From NCBI RefSeq assembly GCF_006345805.1, contig NC_043002.1:111352001-111416000 (forward strand): 64,000 nt of DNA. The letters run 5' to 3'. The number at the start of each line of letters is the position of its first letter. The first letter of the stretch is position 1. The notes under the pieces were generated by a model. It was not told the origin of the DNA and searched no databases. It saw only the letters and a program-made list of their open reading frames with translations. Below are positions 60,150-64,000 of the stretch, in pieces. The DNA comes from Octopus sinensis. Its lineage: Eukaryota. A program made the position numbers and the translations under genes.

Positions 60150-62856
60150 GAGTTCAGCAAAAATTTAGATTCAGATGAATCTGGTACATAAGTTGAGGCA
60201 CCAGAATTTAGTATGGTATTATCCATACGATTTCAAAATAAGGTGATTAGAATCAAAATCAGCAACAAGGATATCCACAGGTAATGCAGTACGATCATTT
60301 CATGCAACTCCATTTAAATGAACAATGCAATCATTACATCAATTTAAATGCAGAGCAAGCCTCTGCTGCATAAAGACATAGAATCGAATTAAATTAAAAT
60401 CTCAGAACGTAAAAAGCTACAGTACCCCCCCCCTTTGTGGTTAGCCATATTGAGATGGCTATTATACTTTACATCTCTAAAAATGCTTATATAGTTATTT
60501 CCCTTACAAACCCGAGCAACGCCGGGCGATACTGCTAGTTTCATATAATTTAAAATGTTTTACATTAAAAGTGGTAATTCTAAAATTTTTCTCATTCAGT
60601 GTGCTTGGTTCTATAACCAGAAAAGTAGGTCACACAAGACTATAGAAATTAATAAAACCACATAGTATTTTTTAAAAAAATGATAATACAATTAAATTAT
60701 CCCAATACTTGATTGGTACTTCATTTTATCAACTCCAGATGAATGAAAGGCAAAGATGGCTTTGGAGAGATTAGCTCAATATATGCCCTGCATACCTCAT
60801 CACATCCTGGCGTAGCAACTTCGGTAAAGCTTATTATAGCTCGTTTTTTCTGGCCAAATATGCGATGGAATATTACAGCATGGTTGCGTTCTTGTCTGCA
60901 ATGCCAGTACTCAAAAGTACACAGACATGTTTGTGCACCTCTTGGCACCTTTGAAAATCTGGATGCACGTTTTTAACACATCCCTATTGACTTGGTTGGT
61001 CTTTGGCCAGTTAGTCGCTGATTCACTTATATACTTACATGTATTGACCACTTTTCGTGTTTGCCTGAAGCCATCCTTCTGGTCGATATCAGCGCAGAAT
61101 CAGTAGCACAAGCCTTCATATCAGGTTTGATTTCACGTTTTGGTGTTCCATCTGATCGTGGCCGTTGCCAGCCTTGCCTGGCCCCCGTGCCGGTGGCACA
61201 TAGAAAGCACCATCCGTCCGTGGCCATTTGCCAGCCCCGTCTGGCAACTGTGTGGGTGGCACAATGATGATGATGATTACGGATTACTACTGATTGCAGG
61301 AGGCAACTTGAATCCCAGCTTTTCCAACAACTTTTAAGCATCTTAGGAGTTTGCCATATCCAGATGACTAGTTATCATCCAGCTTCAAATGGCATGGTGG
61401 AATGGTTCCACTGTCAATTAAAGGTGTTGTTATGTACCTGTCCAGATTCTCATCACTGGTGTGAATATCTGTCTGCTGTTCTTTTGGGTTGTTGCTTATC
61501 AGTGAAAGAGGATCTTGGATACTCTTCTGCTGAACTTCTCTACAGTTCACCATTATCCCTACCAGGCCAGATGTTGGCACCTGTGGACTTATTGACTCAA
61601 GATCCTTCATCTTATGTACATAGACAACAGACTTATTTTTCAGGTCTTCCACCGATGTCTTCTAGACACCAGACAGAGCTTGCTACTGTTCCAGTGGATA
61701 TTGATAAATGGACTCGTGTTTTCCTCAGGGATGATTCTGTGAGAGGCTCACTTATTCAATCCAATAAGGGGCTTTATCATGTCCCGGGGAAAATGTCAAA
61801 AACATTTTCCATAGACATTCCATCCGTTTGTGTCCGTTTTCCAGCTCCGTCTGGTACCTGTGCAGGTGGCACGTAAAAAGCACCCACTACACTCACGGAG
61901 TGGTTGGCGTTAGGAAGGGCATCCAGCCGTAGAAACACTGCCAGATCAGACTGGGCCTGGTGCAGCCTTCTGGCTTCACAGACCCCAGTTGAACCGTCCA
62001 ACCCATGCTAGCATGGAAAGCGGACGCTAAACGATCATGATGATGAGGATGATGATTAATGGATCTAAACAGACTGTTTCAATTGATAGGGTAAAGCAAG
62101 CTTTTTCTGAAGTTCTAACTCCAGAACCAAATATCTCTATCCACTTTCCATCTCTGACATCTACAGACACTGCACTCATGCAAACACAAGTGTGCATTTC
62201 CCGCTCCACTGCCACATGTCACAACTACTCGTGCTGGGCATCGTGTACTCTGGCCTAAGTAATTGTGTAACACTGTACATGTTCTGCCCTGACTTTTTCC
62301 AAGCACTTTCTTTGCATGCTTTTGGCATTTTTCTTATGTTGCACATGCCATTTCTTCAAACTTTTGGAACTATTGTGTTAATTTTAGCATATTTTATTTT
62401 TTCTTTGCACTGTTTTTTTTTCTCTTCTTTTTCTTCCTTACCTTGCATGCCTTTTCCTGATCTTTTCACTTCCTCTGATTTGTTCCCTAGGTTGGCCTTT
62501 TGCTACAACATACCTCTCTTTCGGCTTACAGTTGCAGGGGGAGTAGTGTAGCAAGGGCCATAAAGGCTAAAGGAAACAGGGCAGAGTTATGTTCCCTCAT
62601 TCTGTCGTCGGTAGGTGGTGCTTCAATGGCACTTCTGCTAGGGAGGTATAAAAACCCTAGTTGGACATCCAGTCTCTCTTTTTTCTGTTTCCCCTTCTGG
62701 GCAGGCAGCTTGTCAACTGCCTACACAGCTAGGACTGCTAGCTTTCTTATACTCCTGGCCATGACAACTACCATGCTATGTAGCTAGAGCAGTGCTCATT
62801 ATCTATTCTTTCAGCATGAACCTTTAATCCCCAGCGACTACTGGCTTAATTACTAG
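58330..62856 (+). mobile_element. Degenerate Gypsy LTR retrotransposon: protease, RT, integrase, PPT and start of the 3' LTR
   Basis: KTYGQVSLHLDLNLQRDFRWDFVIADLPYRILGADFL, SPWTSPLHL, DYKHLNAITVPDRYP, FAYVDDLLIA, HPGVATS...FFWP, TSYHPASNGMVE and VSIDRVKQAF. PPT AGGGGGAGTAG at 62536-62546 is followed by TG at 62547. No matching 5' LTR was found. Confidence 0.9.
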
Positions 62857-63279
62857 TGTAACGAAGGATCTGTTATCGATTCACTGAAAGGGTGTCGATA
62901 TCCGATCAAGTCACATACAATTTTATAAGACAATACAGACGAAGTCAGGTTGTAGGTAAAAAGACAGCAGTTCGTTTATTTATTGCGATGTCGTACGTGT
63001 GTCTGATGGGAGAAGGACAACCTCTGATGTGCAGCTTCTTGTTAGTTTGTTGAAGTTTGTTGGTGGTCGTTGGCGGCTATGTTGTAGCACGAGTGGTTGT
63101 CAGAGCCTGTTGAATGTACGTCCGATCGCGATGAGCTGTGGAGCCGGAGAGAAAGATTTGAGTTTGGCGGGTAAGGGAACGTTTCCCGCACATGCGCATG
63201 GGGAAGACTTCCGGTGGCCACCCGGAAGTAGTCCCATTCTGCGCATGCGCGCTGAACCCTGCACAGTAGCATCACTACA
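62857..63279 (-). mobile_element. Solo LTR (423 bp) nested in the Gypsy 3' LTR
   Basis: TG...CA termini (minus strand TGTAGTGA...TTACA), 4-bp TSD CTAG at 62853-62856 and 63280-63283, and AATAAA on the minus strand. Confidence 0.85.
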
Positions 63280-64000
63280 CTAGCCACACCAACTAACTAA
63301 ATTCACTAATGATTGAACAAACAGTTTGGACACCTTCTATATTATTTCACACGCACCTTTATAAAAGATGATGATATAAAATTTGTTACACATAACTTTG
63401 TCTGCACATTGTTTGTCCCATACACATACATGCAGCACAACACTAAACAAACGAACCAGGCTAATGCTTGATTCTACCCTAAAGACTGTTCTCTACACAC
63501 AAGGAAGCTATAACATACAAAACAGAAACAATAGTTAAACATACAATAAAACGGAACTTTACACTCCTCCAATCCATACAAAATAGAAATAGGAAGAACA
63601 CTCAGGAACATGGAGCTGTATCAGGTCATGCAGTAGAAACCTGCTTGATGCTTTCAAAGAAAACCCTTTCATACTAATAAAAATAAAAATAGTAATTATG
63701 ATAATTAATTTATTTGTCAGTAGTAATTATAATAACATATTTGTCACTATAGAAGAGGCTGATAATTACAGAAATATAAACTTACATAGAAAAAAATCGA
63801 CTGAGAGAAAAAAATATGAAATACAAGTTTACATGGTATACAAATAAAAGCTGATGCAGTCCTCCTGGAACAGGACCCACCCCACCCCACCCCACCCCAT
63901 TTTAGGCCAATGACGGAGCCACAAAGAACCAAAATTACCTTGAACACCAAAGGCAAATGCTCTCTCTCTCTCTCTAACTGTCATTCTCCAGCTTACAGGT

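Overview
AT-rich, repeat-saturated eukaryotic DNA. The SINE/LINE repertoire and heavy (TA)n load suggest a cephalopod, probably Octopus; this is inference. One clear protein-coding gene is present: a KCTD6/KCTD21-like BTB protein with a single coding exon (41749-42471, minus strand). The rest is a mosaic of mobile elements: several tRNA-derived SINE families, two RTE-type LINE families, piggyBac, Gypsy, CRE and Penelope-like fossils, six non-autonomous Helitrons, TTAA and TA MITEs, an internally deleted LTR element and a nested solo LTR. There is also a tRNA-iMet-derived copy with an AAT anticodon, a SINE-mediated 1.3-kb tandem triplication, and two young tandem arrays (172 bp and 37 bp). The most notable signal, unexplained by the ORF track, is a set of at least eight hammerhead-ribozyme (HHR) motifs in short elements, most flanked by (TA)n tracts and most forming foldbacks. 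Two of these (15943-16003 and 32621-32683) have the three hammerhead strands in a non-circularly permuted order, with covarying stems. All structures were read by eye; none has been folded computationally, searched against a database or tested.
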